64,000 nucleotides of DNA from Torpedo marmorata (GCA_977017645.1 OZ360238.1:45260001-45324000); one strand, 5' to 3'; shown: positions 1-12,263, numbered from the stretch's first letter. Numbers and translations are program-made. The notes: generated by a model not told the origin, from the sequence alone.

Positions 1-119
1 ATCCATGCGTTCAACCGCCGGCTCTACACCCAGCTGGCGTCCATCAAGAACCGTAAGCTTGCCTCCCTCGAGACTGCAGCCTCTGTGGCCCTCAACGTGG
101 ATCCCCATCTCAGCCCGGC

Positions 120-345
120 CCTCCGGAGCTCCCAATGCCGCGTCCGCCGACCCGATCCCTGGCCCCGGCCACCGACTCACAGGAGCTGCCAACGCCACGG
201 CCGCCGACTCACCGGAGCTCCCAGCGCCACGGCCGCCGACCCGACCCTCAACCCCGTCCGCCGACTCACCGGAGCTCCCAACACCACGGCCGCCGACCCG
301 AGCCCCTACTCACCAGAGCTCCCAATGCCTCCACTGCCGACTCCC
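120..345 (+). repeat. GC-rich degenerate tandem repeat (GCCGACTCACCGGAGCTCCCA-like unit, about 4-5 copies) in the PLE N-terminal region
   Basis: Recurrent ccgactcac(a/c)ggagct(g/c)cca and cacggccgccgac motifs, followed by a C-rich low-complexity tract to about 730. Confidence 0.7.
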
Positions 346-739
346 GACACAGTCTGCTACCTGCTGGAGCCTCCCACGCTGACTGCCACTGGAGTCCTCA
401 TCTCACTACTAAATCCCACTTACCTATCCCCCTCACTACTCCTTCCCTATCCTCCTACACCTCTCCCTACTCCACCCCCATCTCCCCCTCTCTGCCCCCC
501 TCTCCTCCCCAACCTTCAGACCTCACCCCCCCCTCTCTCTGGCTACCCCCCCGACACCCCTCTCCCACCCTCCTACCTCCCCCACTCCCCTCCGACCCCC
601 CCCTACCCCCGCCAACACCCCCAACCCCCCTCCTCCTCCCTCCAATCTCCCCCACCCTCCATCTCCACCCTCTGACCTCCCAAACCCTCCCCCTCCCCCC
701 AACACCCTCCACAACATCGATCCCCACTCTAACCCCTGC

Positions 740-2386
740 TTGGTTTTTACTATCCAATTTGACCTTCCCCTCTCTGAGACAGAGCGCTTGGTCCTCAGTA
801 GAGGCCTCACCTTCGTCCCCCTCCGCCAACACCTCAACGAGTTCCGCGCACGCCGCGATGCCGAATTCTTCTTCCTCCGCCTCCGGGCTCACTTCCATGA
901 CCGTGACTCTCCACCCCCTCCCACCCAAGACCCTTTCTCCCGCTTCAAGCCTTCTTCCTCTTCCTGGAGACCTCGCCCTGGCCAGCTGCCCGCTCTAGAC
1001 CTTTTTATTTCCAACTGCCGCCGAGACATCAACCGTCTCAATCTCACCACCTACCTCTCGTATTCCAACCTCACCTCCTCAGAACGCTCTGCCCTCCACT
1101 CTCTCTGCAACAATCCCAACCTCACCATCAAACCCGCAGACAAGGGCGGTGCGGTTGTGGTCTGGCGCATTGACCTCTACCTTGCCGAGACCAGTCGACA
1201 GCTCTCAGACACCTCCTCCTACCGACCCCTCCCACAGGACCCCACCACTGCACATCAAGCCACTGTCTCCAACACCATCTCCGACCTCATCACCTTCGGT
1301 CACCTCCACTCCACGGCCACCAACCTCATTTTCTCCCACCCCTGCACTGCCTGTTTCTACCTTCTACCCAAGATACACAAACCCAATCATCTGGGCAGAC
1401 CCATTGTTTCTGCCTGCTCCTGCCCCACCGAACTAGTTGCATCTTACCTTGACTCCATCTTTTCTTCCCTGGTCCAATCCCTCCCCACCAACATCCGCGA
1501 CACCTCACTTGCCCTCCATCTCCTCAATGACTTCAGATTCCCTGAACCAGACCGCATCATCTTCACCATGGATGTCCAATCGCTTTATACCTCTATCCCC
1601 CACACAGAAGTTCTGAAAGCATTTTGCTTCTTCCTGGACCAAAGACCCAACCAGTCTCCCTCTACCACCACCCTCCTCCGCCTGGCAGAACTTGTCCTCA
1701 CTCTCAATAACTTCTCCTTTAACTCATCCCACTTCCTCCAAATCAAAGGAGTAGCCATGGGTACCTGCATGGGTCCCAGCTACGCCTGCCTGATTGTGGG
1801 CTTTGTGGAGCAATCCATGCTGCAAGCCTACACAGGCAAGACCCCTCATCTCTTCCTCCGGTATATCGACGTCTACATCGGGGCTGCCTCATGCACCCGT
1901 GATGAGCTTGTCAACTTCATCCACTTCGCATCCAACTTCCACCACGATCTCAAACTCACCTGGTCAATCTCCGATAACACTCTCCCCTTCCTGGATTTCT
2001 CTGTCTCCATCTCGGGAGACAAGCTTTCCACCGACATTTACTACAAACCCTCCAACTCCCACAACTATCTGGACTACACTTCCTCACACCCTGTCCCCTG
2101 CAAGGATTCCATCCCCTTCTCTCAATTTCTCCGTCTCTGCCGCATCTGTTCCCAAGATGAGGTCTTCCAATCCAGATCTTCTGAAATGTCTGCCTTCTTC
2201 CACAAACGTGGCTTCCCCTCCACCACCATCAACTCAGCCCTCACCCGCATCTCCTCCATTTCCCGCTCATCTGCCCTGGCCCCCTCTGCTCCCAGACGCA
2301 ACAAACATAGAATCTCGCTCATCCTCACCTACCACCCCACCAGCCTCCACATCCAACACATTATCCGCTGGAATTTCGGCACTTAA
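740..2386 (+). pseudogene. PLE reverse transcriptase domain (frameshifted near 2380; catalytic YIDD reads YIDV)
   Basis: ORF track translation; RT motifs as listed for the element. Confidence 0.9.
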
Positions 2387-2469
2387 TACAGGATCCCACC
2401 ACCAGACACTTTTTTCCTTCTCCTCCCCTCTCGGCCTTCCGCAGGGACCGCTCCCTCCACGATTCCCTT

Positions 2470-2916
2470 GTGCACTCATCCCTCCCCACCCATTGCACCC
2501 CCGGCACCTTCCCCTGTGCCTGCAGAAGGTGCAACACCTGCGCCCACACCTCCCCCCTCACCACGGTCCGGGGCCCCAAACAGGCCTTTCAAGTGAAGCT
2601 ACACTTCACTTGTACATCCAGAGAACTTATTTACTGCATCCGGTGCTCCCTTTGTTGCTTTCTCTACATCGGAGAAACCGGTCGTATATTGGGAGATCGC
2701 TTTGCTGAGCACCTCCTCTCCGTCCACAACAACAGTGACCTCCCAGTAGCCAGCCATTTCAATTCTGAGTCACACTCCCACACTCACATGTCTGTCCATG
2801 GCCTTATGTACTATCCCACCCAGACTACCCACAAATTGGAGGAACAACATCTCATTTTCCGTCTCGGCACTCTCCAGCCAGATGGCATTAACATTGACTT
2901 TTCTGCTTTCCACTAA
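2470..2916 (+). pseudogene. PLE GIY-YIG endonuclease domain
   Basis: LIYCIRCSLCCFLYIGETGR...RFAEH...EQHLIFRLGTLQPDGIN, the typical PLE C-terminus. Confidence 0.9.
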
Positions 2917-3103
2917 ACCTGCTTGACTTCTCCTTCCCCTCCCCCCTCACCTGTCCTTCCAGTTTTTTCCACCCACCCAGCCATCCCTCCTCCCCCTCTG
3001 CTGCTGTCCCCTCCCTCCTTTCTCCACCTATCATCTCCTGCCTTTGCCACCCCCCCCCCTTCCCCCCCCTCACTCTTTTGTTCGGTCGCCTGCCGGCATT
3101 TTC

Positions 3104-3148
3104 TCATACTTTGATGAAGGGCTCAAGCCCGAAATGTCAGTTATGTAT
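3104..3148 (+). ncRNA. Minimal type I hammerhead-ribozyme-like motif in the PLE pseudo-LTR
   Basis: TTGATGA (3111-3117), then A-GGGCT-CA-AGCCC (stem II), GAAA, a short stem III and GTT. Flanking ATACT/A(T)GTAT can form stem I. The core has U in place of canonical C3. Confidence 0.65.
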
Positions 3149-3637
3149 TTCTACCTTTGCTACTGTTTGACCTGCTGAATTTCTTCAGCATCTGCGTTTT
3201 TTACTTCTGACCCCCCTGTTGTGTTGGGAGTAATTATCATTAGGAGTTTCTGAGAAAATGGAGTTGGGCAAGGCATACACATATGAATAGCAGTTTGTGC
3301 ATCAATCAACCCTTAGAGATTCCTGCTTTCAAAATGTTTGTTTGGAAGCATTAATGTGTACTGTTGGGAATAAGATGTGATGTTCATCTATCATAAGGTG
3401 TGCCGTTATTTATGAACCCGAGTATAATAATTAGACCCAATGTTTCATAGCTCTAACAGCCAAACTGATCTATGGAGCCTTTTGATTATTCTTGTGCTTT
3501 TTGATGTCACTGAAGGTTTGTTTCTCTGTAGGTCCATCCTTCAAAGTGTTGGGCTTTGATCTGGAAGGTTGTCAATGAAGGTGATTTCACATCTGGGATG
3601 AGGGTTCAGATATAATCAGAATTTGAGTTTCCTTTTC

Positions 3638-3745
3638 ACTTCAAGTTCAAGTTTACTATCATCTGACTATACAGATACAAGGCAAGGAAACAGCCTTTCT
3701 CTGGACCATGGTGCACGCACGTACACTATGTACAGTACATGATAT
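3638..3745 (-). mobile_element. Short Rex1-type 3' tail fragment
   Basis: TTCAAGTTCAAGTTTACTATCATCTGACT matches the tails at 6190, 36640 and 60311; the 60311 copy is attached to Rex1 RT C-terminal sequence. Confidence 0.55.
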
Positions 3746-3769
3746 TTGTCTGTGTATATTGGGACATTT

Positions 3770-5633
3770 GGATTCAAAGGTGTTTGTGATTACTCAGGTA
3801 TGTTTAATTGCTTCATTGGTGCAGTTGTAAGAGTGTGAGGCATTGCCCAAACCTTCGGATTACCAAAATCAACTGTTTGGAACATCAATTAAGAAGAAAG
3901 AGCGTACTGGTGAGCTCAGAAATCACAAAGGGACTGGAAGGCCAAGGAAGACCTCCACTGCTGATGACAGAAGAATTCTCATCATAATGAAGGAAAATCC
4001 CCAAAGGCCTGTCCGACAGATCAGAAACACTCTTCAGGAGGCAGTTGTGGATGTGTCAATAACTACTGTCCGCAGAAGACTTCATGAACAGAAATACAGA
4101 GGCTACACTCCAAAATGCAAACCACTTGTTAGCCACAGAAACAGGATGGCCAGATTACAGTTTGCCAAGAAGTATTTAAAAAAACCTGCAGAATTCTGGA
4201 AAAAAGGTCTTGTGGACAGATAAGACCAAGATTAACCTGTATCAGAGTGATGAGAAGAGCAAAGTGTGGTGGTGTAAAGGAACTGCCCAAGATCCAAAGC
4301 ATACCACCTCATCTGTGAATCATGGTGGTGGGGGTGTTATGGCCTAGGCATGTATGACTGCCACAGGTACTGGCGCAATTATCTTCATTGATGATGTAAC
4401 TGCTGATGGCAGTAGCAAAATGAATTCTGAAGTGCATAGAAACATCTTATCTGCTCAAGTTTGAGCAAATGCTTCCAAACTCATTGGACGGTGCTTCATC
4501 CTACACCAAGTCAACTATCCCAAACATACTACTAAAGCAACAAAAGAGTTTTTCAATGCTAAAATTTGGAAAATTCTTGAATGGCCAAATCAGACACCCG
4601 ATCTAAATCCAATTGAGCATGCCTTCCATATGCTGAAGAGAAAACTGAAGGGGACAAGCCCCCGAAACAAGCAGGAGCTGAAGATGGCTGCAGTAGAGGC
4701 CTGGCAGTGCATCACCAGAGAAGATACTCAGCACCTGGTGATGTCTATGAATCACAGACTTCAAGTACTCATTGCATGCAAGGGATATGCAACAAAGGTA
4801 ATGTTGCAACTGTATAGGACGTTGGACAGACCCATATTGGAGTTTTGTGTGCAATTCTGGTCACCTCACCACAGGAAGGATGTGGAGGCATTAGAAAGGG
4901 TGCAGAGGAGATTTACTAGGATTTGACTGGTTTAGGGAGCATGCCCTATGAAAACAGGTTGAGGGAACTAGGCCTTTTCTCCTTGGAATGAAGGAGGATG
5001 AGAGGGGACATAATTGAGGTGTTTAAGATGATAAGGGGCTTTGATCATGTAGACAGTCAGAGGCTTTTTCCCAGGGCCGAAATAGTTGCTACAAGGGGAC
5101 ACAGGTTTAAGGTGTTGAGAAGAAGGTATAGAGGAAATGTCAGAGGAACGTTTTTCACGCAGAGAGTGGTGGGTGCATGGAATGAGTTGCCGGCAACGCT
5201 GGTGGAGGCGGATTTTATAGGGACTTTTAAGAGACTTTTGGATAGGTACATGGAGCTCAGAAATATAGAGGGATATAAGTAAGTCCATCAATTCCTAGAG
5301 TAGTGACATGTTCACACAACTTTGTGGGCCGAAGGGCCTGTATTGTGCTGTCGGTTTTCTATGATTCTATGAAAGTACTAAACATGACTATTTTAATATA
5401 CATACCATTGCTATGTCCCAAATATTATAGTGCCCTGAAATGAGGGGACTATGCATAAAAAGTACTGTAATTTCAAAATAGTCAAACCAAAATGTACACA
5501 AATACCCTTTTAAAAAGTCTGGAATGTGCACTTTAATCACATTTGAATTGTTTGATTACAAATTTAAAACTGTGGAACACGGGCAAATCAAGGAAAAAAG
5601 TGTCTTTGTCCCAAACAATATGGAGGGCAATAT
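3770..5633 (+). mobile_element. Tc1/mariner DNA transposon relic (DD34E transposase, right TIR), interrupted by CR1
   Basis: ORF 3843-4223 has GRPRKTS and the HTH region through FWKK. Downstream frames give KH...NPIEH..MLKRKL...KGYATK. The final codons (AAAG-TACTAA) resume at 5372 after the CR1 insert. The end GTCCCAAACAATATGGAGGGCAATATA resembles a Tc1 TIR plus TA. The left TIR is not seen. Confidence 0.88.
4798..5371 (+). mobile_element. CR1-type (HER1-like) LINE 3' fragment inserted in the Tc1 ORF end
   Basis: LEFCVQFWSPH..ERVQRRFTR and RGD.IEVFK..RGH..FFTQRVVGAWN.LP; tail GAAGGGCCTGTATTGTGCTG..TTCTATGATTCTATG; AAAG duplicated at 4794-4797 and 5372-5375. Confidence 0.9.
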
Positions 5634-5664
5634 ATATTGCCACACAATAAACACCGTCCCACAC

Positions 5665-6160
5665 AATGATGGAGCCAGACAGGACACTCTTAATTGTCCT
5701 CCTGTAAAAGGTTCTCAAGATAGGGCAAGTAGCCTTGCCCTCCTGAACCTTCTTAGGAAGACGCGGCGCTGTTGCACCTTCCTGACAAATTAGGTGTTTG
5801 TGTCCAGCATAGGTCGTCCTTTACATGCACGCCAAGGAACTTTGTGCTCTTCACTCGCTCCATCACGGAGCCATTGATGTGTAATGGAGAATGGTCGACC
5901 TTTGTCCTCCTGAAGTCCTCAATCATCTCCTTTGTCTTTCTGCATTGACACTTGGGTTGTTGTTCTCACACAGAGCCTTCAACCTCCTCTCTGTAAGCCA
6001 ATTATTGCTGATGAGGCCAAGTACTCTTGTATCATCCACAAACTTGATGATTCTGTTCGAACTGAATCTGGCAGTGCAGTCATGAGTCAGCAGCGTGAAC
6101 AGTAGACGCCTGAGCACACAGCCCTGAAATGCACCTGTGCTCAACGTGATGGGACTTGAG
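5665..6160 (-). mobile_element. Rex1/Babar LINE RT fragment (degraded)
   Basis: Minus-strand [29 protein letters not shown] and FYRRTIKSVLSGSI. Confidence 0.8.
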
Positions 6161-6189
6161 TAATGCGATGCTATTTGGTTTATGAAGGG

Positions 6190-6308
6190 AAAATTCAAGT
6201 TTATTATCATCTGACTGCACATATTCAATCAGACAAAACAGCATTTCTCTGGACCACGGTATACACACATACACACAAAACACACGGTACATGACAATCA
6301 CATATATA
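6190..6308 (-). mobile_element. Rex1-type 3' tail fragment
   Basis: TTCAAGTTTATTATCATCTGACTG..TTCTCTGGACCACGG shared with the copies at 3638, 36640 and 60311. Confidence 0.5.
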
Positions 6309-7290
6309 TAGAACATAGAACACTACAGCACAGTACAGGCCCTTCAGCCCTCGATGTTGTGCCGACTCATATTTTTCTTTAAAAAAAGTACTAAACCCTC
6401 CCTACCCCGTAACCCTCTATTTTTCTTCCATCCATGTGCCTGTCTAAGAGTCTCTTAAATGCCCCTAATGTTTCAGCCTCCACCACCATCTCTGGCACCC
6501 ATAACTCTCTGCGTAATAAAAACTTACCCCTGATGTCTCCCCTAAACTTCCCTCTCTTCACTTTGTACAGATGTCCTCTGGTGTTTGCTATTCCTGCCCT
6601 GGGAAACAGGTGCTGGCTGTCCACCCTATCTATGCCTCTTATAATCTTGTGGACGTCTATTAAGTCTCCTCTCATCCTTCTACGCTCCAGAGAGAAAAGT
6701 CCCAGCTCTGCTAACCTTGCCTCATAAGACTTATTTTCCAATCCAGGTAACATCCTGGTAAATCTCCTCTGCACCCTCTCCATAGCTTCCACATCCTTCC
6801 TGTAATGCGGTGACCAGAACTGAACACAATACTCCAAGTGTGGTCTCACCAGAGATTTGTAGAGTTGCAACATGATCTCTCTACTCTTGAACTCAATCCC
6901 CCTATTAATGAAGCCCAGCATCCCATAGACCTTCTTAACTATCCTATCAACATGTGCGGCGACCTTGAGGGATGTATGGATTTGGAACAAAGGTCCCTCT
7001 GTTCATCCACACTCTTAAGTAACCGACTATTAACCCTGTACTCAGCCTTCTGGTTTGTCCTTCCAAAATGCATCACCTCACACTTATCCATCTGCCACTT
7101 ATCCATCTGCCACTTTTCTGCCCAACTCTGCATCCTGTCTATATCCTTTTGTAACTTTCGACAACCTTCAGCTCCATCCACAACTCCTCCAACCTTCGTA
7201 TCACCTGCCAACTTACTGACCCATCCTTCCGCCTCTTCATCCAGGTCATTTATAAAAATCACAAAGAGCAGGGGTCCCAGAACAGATCCT
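6309..7290 (-). mobile_element. CR1-type LINE 3' fragment
   Basis: ORFs 6391-6990 and 6939-7262 (FINDLDE..SKLAGDTK; RPHLEYCVQFWSPHY..RVQRRFTRM); minus-strand tail (TTCTATG)n at 6309-6325. Confidence 0.92.
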
Positions 7291-8124
7291 TATATATCCT
7301 TATATATATTTCATTTCTGTACATCTTCCCTGCCCAGGCACAAGCAGCACATCAGGCCTTAACTTCTGTAAAGTTCGTACTCCACACCAATGGTGAGCAG
7401 TCTTTCTAGCTTATGAGATTTAAAAAGCTAACGTTTGACAAACTTTCTGCACTAAGTGGCCCTGAATTTATTAAAAATAAATCCTACGGACAATGGCCAC
7501 AAATAAATCCCTTTGTTTCATTGGGTTATTTAAGATTGAAGCTAATTGGCAAATGCACAGAGATTGGATCCTGCTCTTCCTGGGCATGGTGCCAGTTTTG
7601 TTTCTCATGCTCTTTGATACAGAGATGAAAAGCTCCCCCATTAACACAAGAAGGAATTGGCTACTCTCCGTGACAACTGGGCTCAGTGGAATTGGTCTTG
7701 TCTGAGTGTCCCTGGTAGTAGGTTGATGGAACTTGCCTGGATTTGTTGATTCAATCATCTTCACCAAACACTTTATTTAACCCTACTTGAAACAGCTCGT
7801 CCTCGTGATGGCAGGATCGGCATATGAACCACTTGCACACAGAAATTATTAACAAAGAATGTCTATAAATTCTCTATGTGTAGAATAATAGATCACCAAA
7901 ACGTGCCTTGCTGGATTTATGTGACATGTCTGCTTCATGTCGAAATATTTTTGCAATAACCTGGTCCCCAGTGTGTGCAAATATGCTTCATGTGTGTTAT
8001 GTGGCAAAGTTGACAAAAGCAGCGTTAATTGTCAAATGAAGCCCAAGGTTACTGGTTTTGTTATTATTCACATGGTGTGGATGTTGCTGGAAAGCAGTTA
8101 TTATCTATCCTCATTTGGTTCCTG

Positions 8125-8428
8125 TGTAGCGTGAGCTACACAGAATTCTGAAGAACAACACACAGTCGGTGGGTTGCAAGCAAGACTGTTTAATCGGGTC
8201 TCGCAACCCTGGCTTTTAAGCAGGGCTGCGAGCTTAATTGCTGTCGTTTACTTGACAATGGGAGCTGTACATTACAATGGGAACTTTCCCGGGTCTCCTG
8301 TCCTTCTCCTGGTTGAAGAAGAAGGGGGGTCGGTGCCATCTTTGCGCCGGCCCCTGCTGTTGCCATGTGTACTTGCGCGGCCGCCATTGCGGGCACCGGT
8401 TCGCTTGCCCAGAGGCGGTACCGCTACA
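8125..8428 (-). repeat. 3' LTR of the CsRn1-like element
   Basis: Direct repeat of 12303-12522 plus 14406-14524; 7-bp terminal inverted repeat; adjacent C-run at about 8432-8439 is the PPT on the minus strand. Confidence 0.92.
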
Positions 8429-8650
8429 CAACCCCCCCCAGAGAGTCTCTCGGTTGTTTGAGAGGCCGGCCCCTGCGTCTGGGTGCCTGTAGTTCAATAG
8501 GTTGAGTTAAGTCCATGTGTGCTGGTTTTAAATGGTCTGTTGTGAAACATTCTTCTTTACCCCCAATGTCCAATATGAAGGTGGAGCCGTTATTTTTAAC
8601 TACCCGGAAAGGGCCTTCATAAGGCCGTTGTAGTGGTCCCCTTCTGACGA

Positions 8651-8822
8651 TATATTTAAGAGGGAGTTAGATTTGGCACTTGTGACTAAGGGGATCAGGG
8701 GGTATGGAGAGAGAGCTGGTACTGGGTACTGAGTGGATGATCAGCCATGATCAAAACAAATGGCGGTGTAGGCTTGAAGGGCCAAATGGCCTACTCCAAC
8801 ATCTATTTTCTATGTTTCTATG
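8651..8822 (+). mobile_element. CR1 3'-tail fragment inserted in the integrase C-terminus
   Basis: TTTAAGAGGGAGTTAGAT..GAAGGGCCAAATGGCCTACTCC..TTCTATGTTTCTATG; it splits the minus-strand ..SVF/VRRGPLQRPYEGPF (GPY/F region). Confidence 0.8.
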
Positions 8823-8831
8823 AACACAGAC

Positions 8832-11800
8832 TCACAGCTGCGCAGGTTGTTGGGGATGTGCTCGGGCCGCTGTCCATGTTGCGACGTGGGAATCGGTGCT
8901 AGATTGCCGAGTTGCTCGCGGAGTCTGTTGAGCATCTCTGCTATGCTGGCATCTTGCCCCCTTTTGGGCGGGTAGAAATTCCCCTGGTACCACCAGGGGG
9001 GTTCCGTAGACCAATTCTGCCGACGAGGAATTGAGGTCTTCTTTAGGCGCTGTGCGGATCCCCAGGAGGACCCACGGCAACTCGTCCACCCAATTCGGAC
9101 CGTCTAGGCGGGCCATTAGAGCGGCTTTTAGGTGCCGGTGGAAGCGTTCCACTAAACCATTGGATTGTGGGTGGTAAGCCGTCGTTTTGTGGAGCTGTGT
9201 GCCCAGAAAGTTGGCCATGGCTGTCCACAAGGCTGATGTAAATTGGGCACCCCTGTCCGAGGTAATGTGGGCTGGCACCCCAAAGCGTGCGACCCACGTG
9301 GTGATAAGGGCTCTGGCACAGGCTTCGGTGGTGATGTCCGTGAGAGGGACTGCCTCGGGCCAGCGAGTGAAACAGTCCACCATGGTGAGGAGGTATCGCG
9401 CTCCTCTGGAGATGGGTAGGGGGCCTACCAGGTCTACGTGTATGTGGTCAAATCGTCTAGTCGTTGGCTCAAATTTTTGTTGCTGGGTCTTTGTGTGGTT
9501 TTGGACTTTTGAGGTCTGCACGCAGTTCTTGGCCCATTCGGTGACTTTCTTGAAGAGAACGTGCCAGACGAATTTACTGGAAATCAGCTTAGCGGTAGTT
9601 CTGATGGACGGGTGAGATAAGCCGTGAATGGAATCGAAAACCTGCCTCTGCCACGCAGCTGGGACAATGGGTTGGGGGTGGCCTGTGGAGACGTCACATA
9701 GGAGAGTTTGCTCACCTGTCCCGATGGCCTGTATTTGCAGCCCGGTGGTTGCGGTTCTGAAACAGTGCGTCTCTTCATCAGCCTGCTGCGCCTCTGCCAG
9801 GGCAGTGTAGTCGATCCCTTGGGCTAAGGCTTGGATAGTTGGCCGGGATAGTGTGTCCTCTACAGCGTTGTCCTTTCCTGAGACATGCTGAATCAGTGTC
9901 GTGAACTCAAATATGTAGGACAACTGGCGCTGTTGGCAGGCCGACCAGGGGTCGGAGACTTTTGAGAACGCGAAAGTGAGCGGCTTGTGGTCAGTGAAGG
10001 CGGTGAATGTTCTACCTTCCAGAAAGTATCGAAAGTGCCGTATGGCCAGGTACAGTGCTAGTAGCTCCCGGTCGAAGGCGCTGTATTTAAGTTCGGGTGG
10101 CCGTAAATGTCTACTGAAAAAGGCCAAGGGTTTCCAGCTGCCTTCACTAAACTGCTCCAGTACCCCGCCAACTGCCGTGTTTGAAGCGTCCACCCTGAGG
10201 GAGGTTGGCTCGTCAGTTCTGGGGTGAACCAGCATCGTGGCATCAGCCAGGGTCTCTTTGGCTTTGTTAAAAGCCGCAGTGGATTCCGTGTCGCAAACCA
10301 GCGCTTTGGCTTTACCAGCCATGAGGGTGAAAAGCGGACGCATGATGCGGGCTGCTGCTGGCAGGAATCTGTGATAAAAATTGACGATCCCCACGAGCTC
10401 CTGGAGGCCCTTGACGGTGGACGGCTGGGGGAATTTGTGAACCGCGTCCACTTTGTCGTGTAGGGGAGTTGCGTCATGGCGTGTGATCCTATGGCCCAGG
10501 AAGTCAATTGTGGAGAGGCCGAACTGGCATTTGGCCAGGTTGACTGTAAGGCCGAATTGGTTTAGGCTGTTGAACAGCTGGCGGAGGTGTGCTATGTGCT
10601 CCTGGCGGGTTTTACTGGCGATAAGTATATCATCCAAGTAAATGAAAAGGAAGTCCAAATCCCACCCTACGTCATCCGTTAAGCGTTGGAAGGTTTGGGC
10701 CGCGTTCTTTAGCACGAATGGCATGCGGAGGAATTCAAACAGGCCAAAAGGGGTTATGATGGCTGTTTTGGGGATTAGGTGATAACCTCGGATGAGGTCG
10801 ACCTTTGAGAATGTAGTCGCCCTGTGCAGGTTGGCGGCGAAGTCCTGAATGCGGGATACAGGGTAGCGGTCGGGAGTGGTGGCTTCGTTAAGCCTGCAGT
10901 AGTCACTGCATGTCCTCCACCCGCCGGATGCTTTGGGCACCATGTGCAGTGGGCTTGCCCAGGGAGTATCGGAGCGTCTGATTATCCCTAAGGCCTCCAT
11001 CCTGCTAAACTCCTCTTTGGCTAGTCGGAGTTTATCCGGGGGCAAGCGGCGTGCGCGGGCGTGGAGCGGTGGGCCCTGGGTGGTGATGTGGTGCCTGACG
11101 TCGTGCTTGGGCATCTCTGCCGTGAACTTGGGGTCGGAAATTGACAGGAAATCAGCGAGCAAGCGGGTGAAATCGTCCTCTGGCTGCGCTACGGAGCTCA
11201 GCTGGGTGGAGTGGTGATTGGATTTTTGCAGGGCAAAGGATTGGAAGGTCCGTGCGTGGACCAGCTGCTTACCCTGCAGGTCTACCAGTAAGCTGTGTGC
11301 CCTGAGGAAGTCGGCCCCTGGGATGGGCATCCAGACACTTGTGAGCGTGAACTCCCATGAGAAATGGCTGTCGCCGAACCGGAGGTATGCCATCTTCGGG
11401 CCGAATGTCGGAATGGAGCTGCCGTTGGCGGCCCGCAGCGCGTGTCCCTTTGACCGGGTCCTGGTTTCGTACGGTGTCAGGGGAATAATGCTGATTTCGG
11501 ATCCTGTGTCCACGAGGAACCGCCGTCCAGAATTCTTGTCCCTAACGTACAGTAGGCTGTCTCTGTGGCCAGCCGTCGCAGCCACTAGTGAAGGCTGGCC
11601 TTGTCGTTTCCCAGACTTGCAGGGGGACCTGCACCGGCGACGGTGGTAGAAACACCAATCGAGGTTGGCGTCGTCGCTGCTGCTACTGTGGGCTGTGCGT
11701 TCGGTTGGACGAGCAGGGTTGGGGTGTTGGATTTTTGGTTTGACCACTTGGTCGACCATTGTCAGACTCGCCCTTCCTGCTTCCCAGAGAGTGTCCGCTC

Positions 11801-12263
11801 GAGTTGCCACCGTCCTGGGTGTGGAGAAATCCGCCTCTGCAAGTGCCAGGCGCACGTTGAGTGGCATCATCTCTAAGAAAACCTGCTCGAATAAAAGGCA
11901 CGTGTGGCCTCCTGTGAGGCCTAGCATCTCGTCTATGAGCTGTGAGGGCGATCTGTCTCCCAGCCCATCCAGCCGCAACAAGCGGGCACTCCACTCCCGT
12001 CGCGAAAGCCCAAAAGTGTTCATCAACAGAGCTTTGAAAGCGGGGTATTTACCCTCCTCCGGTGGTCGGTGCAGGAAATCTTCCACCCGTGCGGCTGCAT
12101 CCTCTCCGAGTGTGCTGACCACATGGTAGTACTTGGTGGCATCTCCAGTGATGCTGAATAGTGCAAACTGTGCTTCTGTCTGATCGAACCACACATGGGG
12201 TCGGTGGGTCCAGAAGATCAGTAGCTTGACCGCGACTGCGCTGATGACCGTGGAGTCGTTCAT
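8832..12263 (-). CDS. Gag-Pol polyprotein (gag, protease, RT, RNase H, integrase) of the CsRn1-like element; small in-frame deletions and a C-terminal frameshift
   Basis: FWTHRPHVWFDQTEAQF (gag), WCFYH..C..PC, FLVDTGS (protease), YLDD (RT), VDAS/YSAFDRELLA (RNase H), HVDLVGP..ITSDRG..YHPQSNGLVERFH (integrase). Likely start is MNDSTV at 12263, just after the PBS. Confidence 0.88.
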   Translation of the reverse strand: MNDSTVISAVAVKLLIFWTHRPHVWFDQTEAQFALFSITGDATKYYHVVSTLGEDAAARVEDFLHRPPEEGKYPAFKALLMNTFGLSRREWSARLLRLDGLGDRSPSQLIDEMLGLTGGHTCLLFEQVFLEMMPLNVRLALAEADFSTPRTVATRADTLWEAGRASLTMVDQVVKPKIQHPNPARPTERTAHSSSSDDANLDWCFYHRRRCRSPCKSGKRQGQPSLVAATAGHRDSLLYVRDKNSGRRFLVDTGSEISIIPLTPYETRTRSKGHALRAANGSSIPTFGPKMAYLRFGDSHFSWEFTLTSVWMPIPGADFLRAHSLLVDLQGKQLVHARTFQSFALQKSNHHSTQLSSVAQPEDDFTRLLADFLSISDPKFTAEMPKHDVRHHITTQGPPLHARARRLPPDKLRLAKEEFSRMEALGIIRRSDTPWASPLHMVPKASGGWRTCSDYCRLNEATTPDRYPVSRIQDFAANLHRATTFSKVDLIRGYHLIPKTAIITPFGLFEFLRMPFVLKNAAQTFQRLTDDVGWDLDFLFIYLDDILIASKTRQEHIAHLRQLFNSLNQFGLTVNLAKCQFGLSTIDFLGHRITRHDATPLHDKVDAVHKFPQPSTVKGLQELVGIVNFYHRFLPAAARIMRPLFTLMAGKAKALVCDTESTAAFNKAKETLADATMLVHPRTDEPTSLRVDASNTAVGGVLEQFSEGSWKPLAFFSRHLRPPELKYSAFDRELLALYLAIRHFRYFLEGRTFTAFTDHKPLTFAFSKVSDPWSACQQRQLSYIFEFTTLIQHVSGKDNAVEDTLSRPTIQALAQGIDYTALAEAQQADEETHCFRTATTGLQIQAIGTGEQTLLCDVSTGHPQPIVPAAWQRQVFDSIHGLSHPSIRTTAKLISSKFVWHVLFKKVTEWAKNCVQTSKVQNHTKTQQQKFEPTTRRFDHIHVDLVGPLPISRGARYLLTMVDCFTRWPEAVPLTDITTEACARALITTWVARFGVPAHITSDRGAQFTSALWTAMANFLGTQLHKTTAYHPQSNGLVERFHRHLKAALMARLDGPNWVDELPWVLLGIRTAPKEDLNSSSAELVYGTPLVVPGEFLPAQKGARCQHSRDAQQTPRATRQSSTDSHVATWTAARAHPQQPAQL

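Larger units (their letters stand above)
1..3207 (+). mobile_element. Penelope-like retroelement (RT + GIY-YIG endonuclease, probably Neptune-type), running off the left edge, with 3' pseudo-LTR
   Basis: ORF 740-2386 has PLE-type RT motifs (IKPADKGGAVVV, FYLLPKIHK, GRPIVS, TMDVQSLYTSIP, GVAMG, FLRYIDV, LPFLD). After a frameshift, ORF 2470-2916 has a Cys-rich linker (CACRRCNTC) and GIY-YIG (LIYCIRC..C...YIGETGR..DRFAEH). A pyrimidine-rich 3' UTR and terminal repeat follow. Confidence 0.93.

Noticed and set aside
5-998. Long Pro/Ser-rich ORFs in several frames
   Set aside because: They arise from C-rich low-complexity and tandem-repeat sequence in the Penelope N-terminal region and are not host genes.
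4630-4926. 98-aa ORF that looks like a Tc1-RT fusion protein
   Set aside because: Chance in-frame junction created by the CR1 insertion; both parents are pseudogenised.
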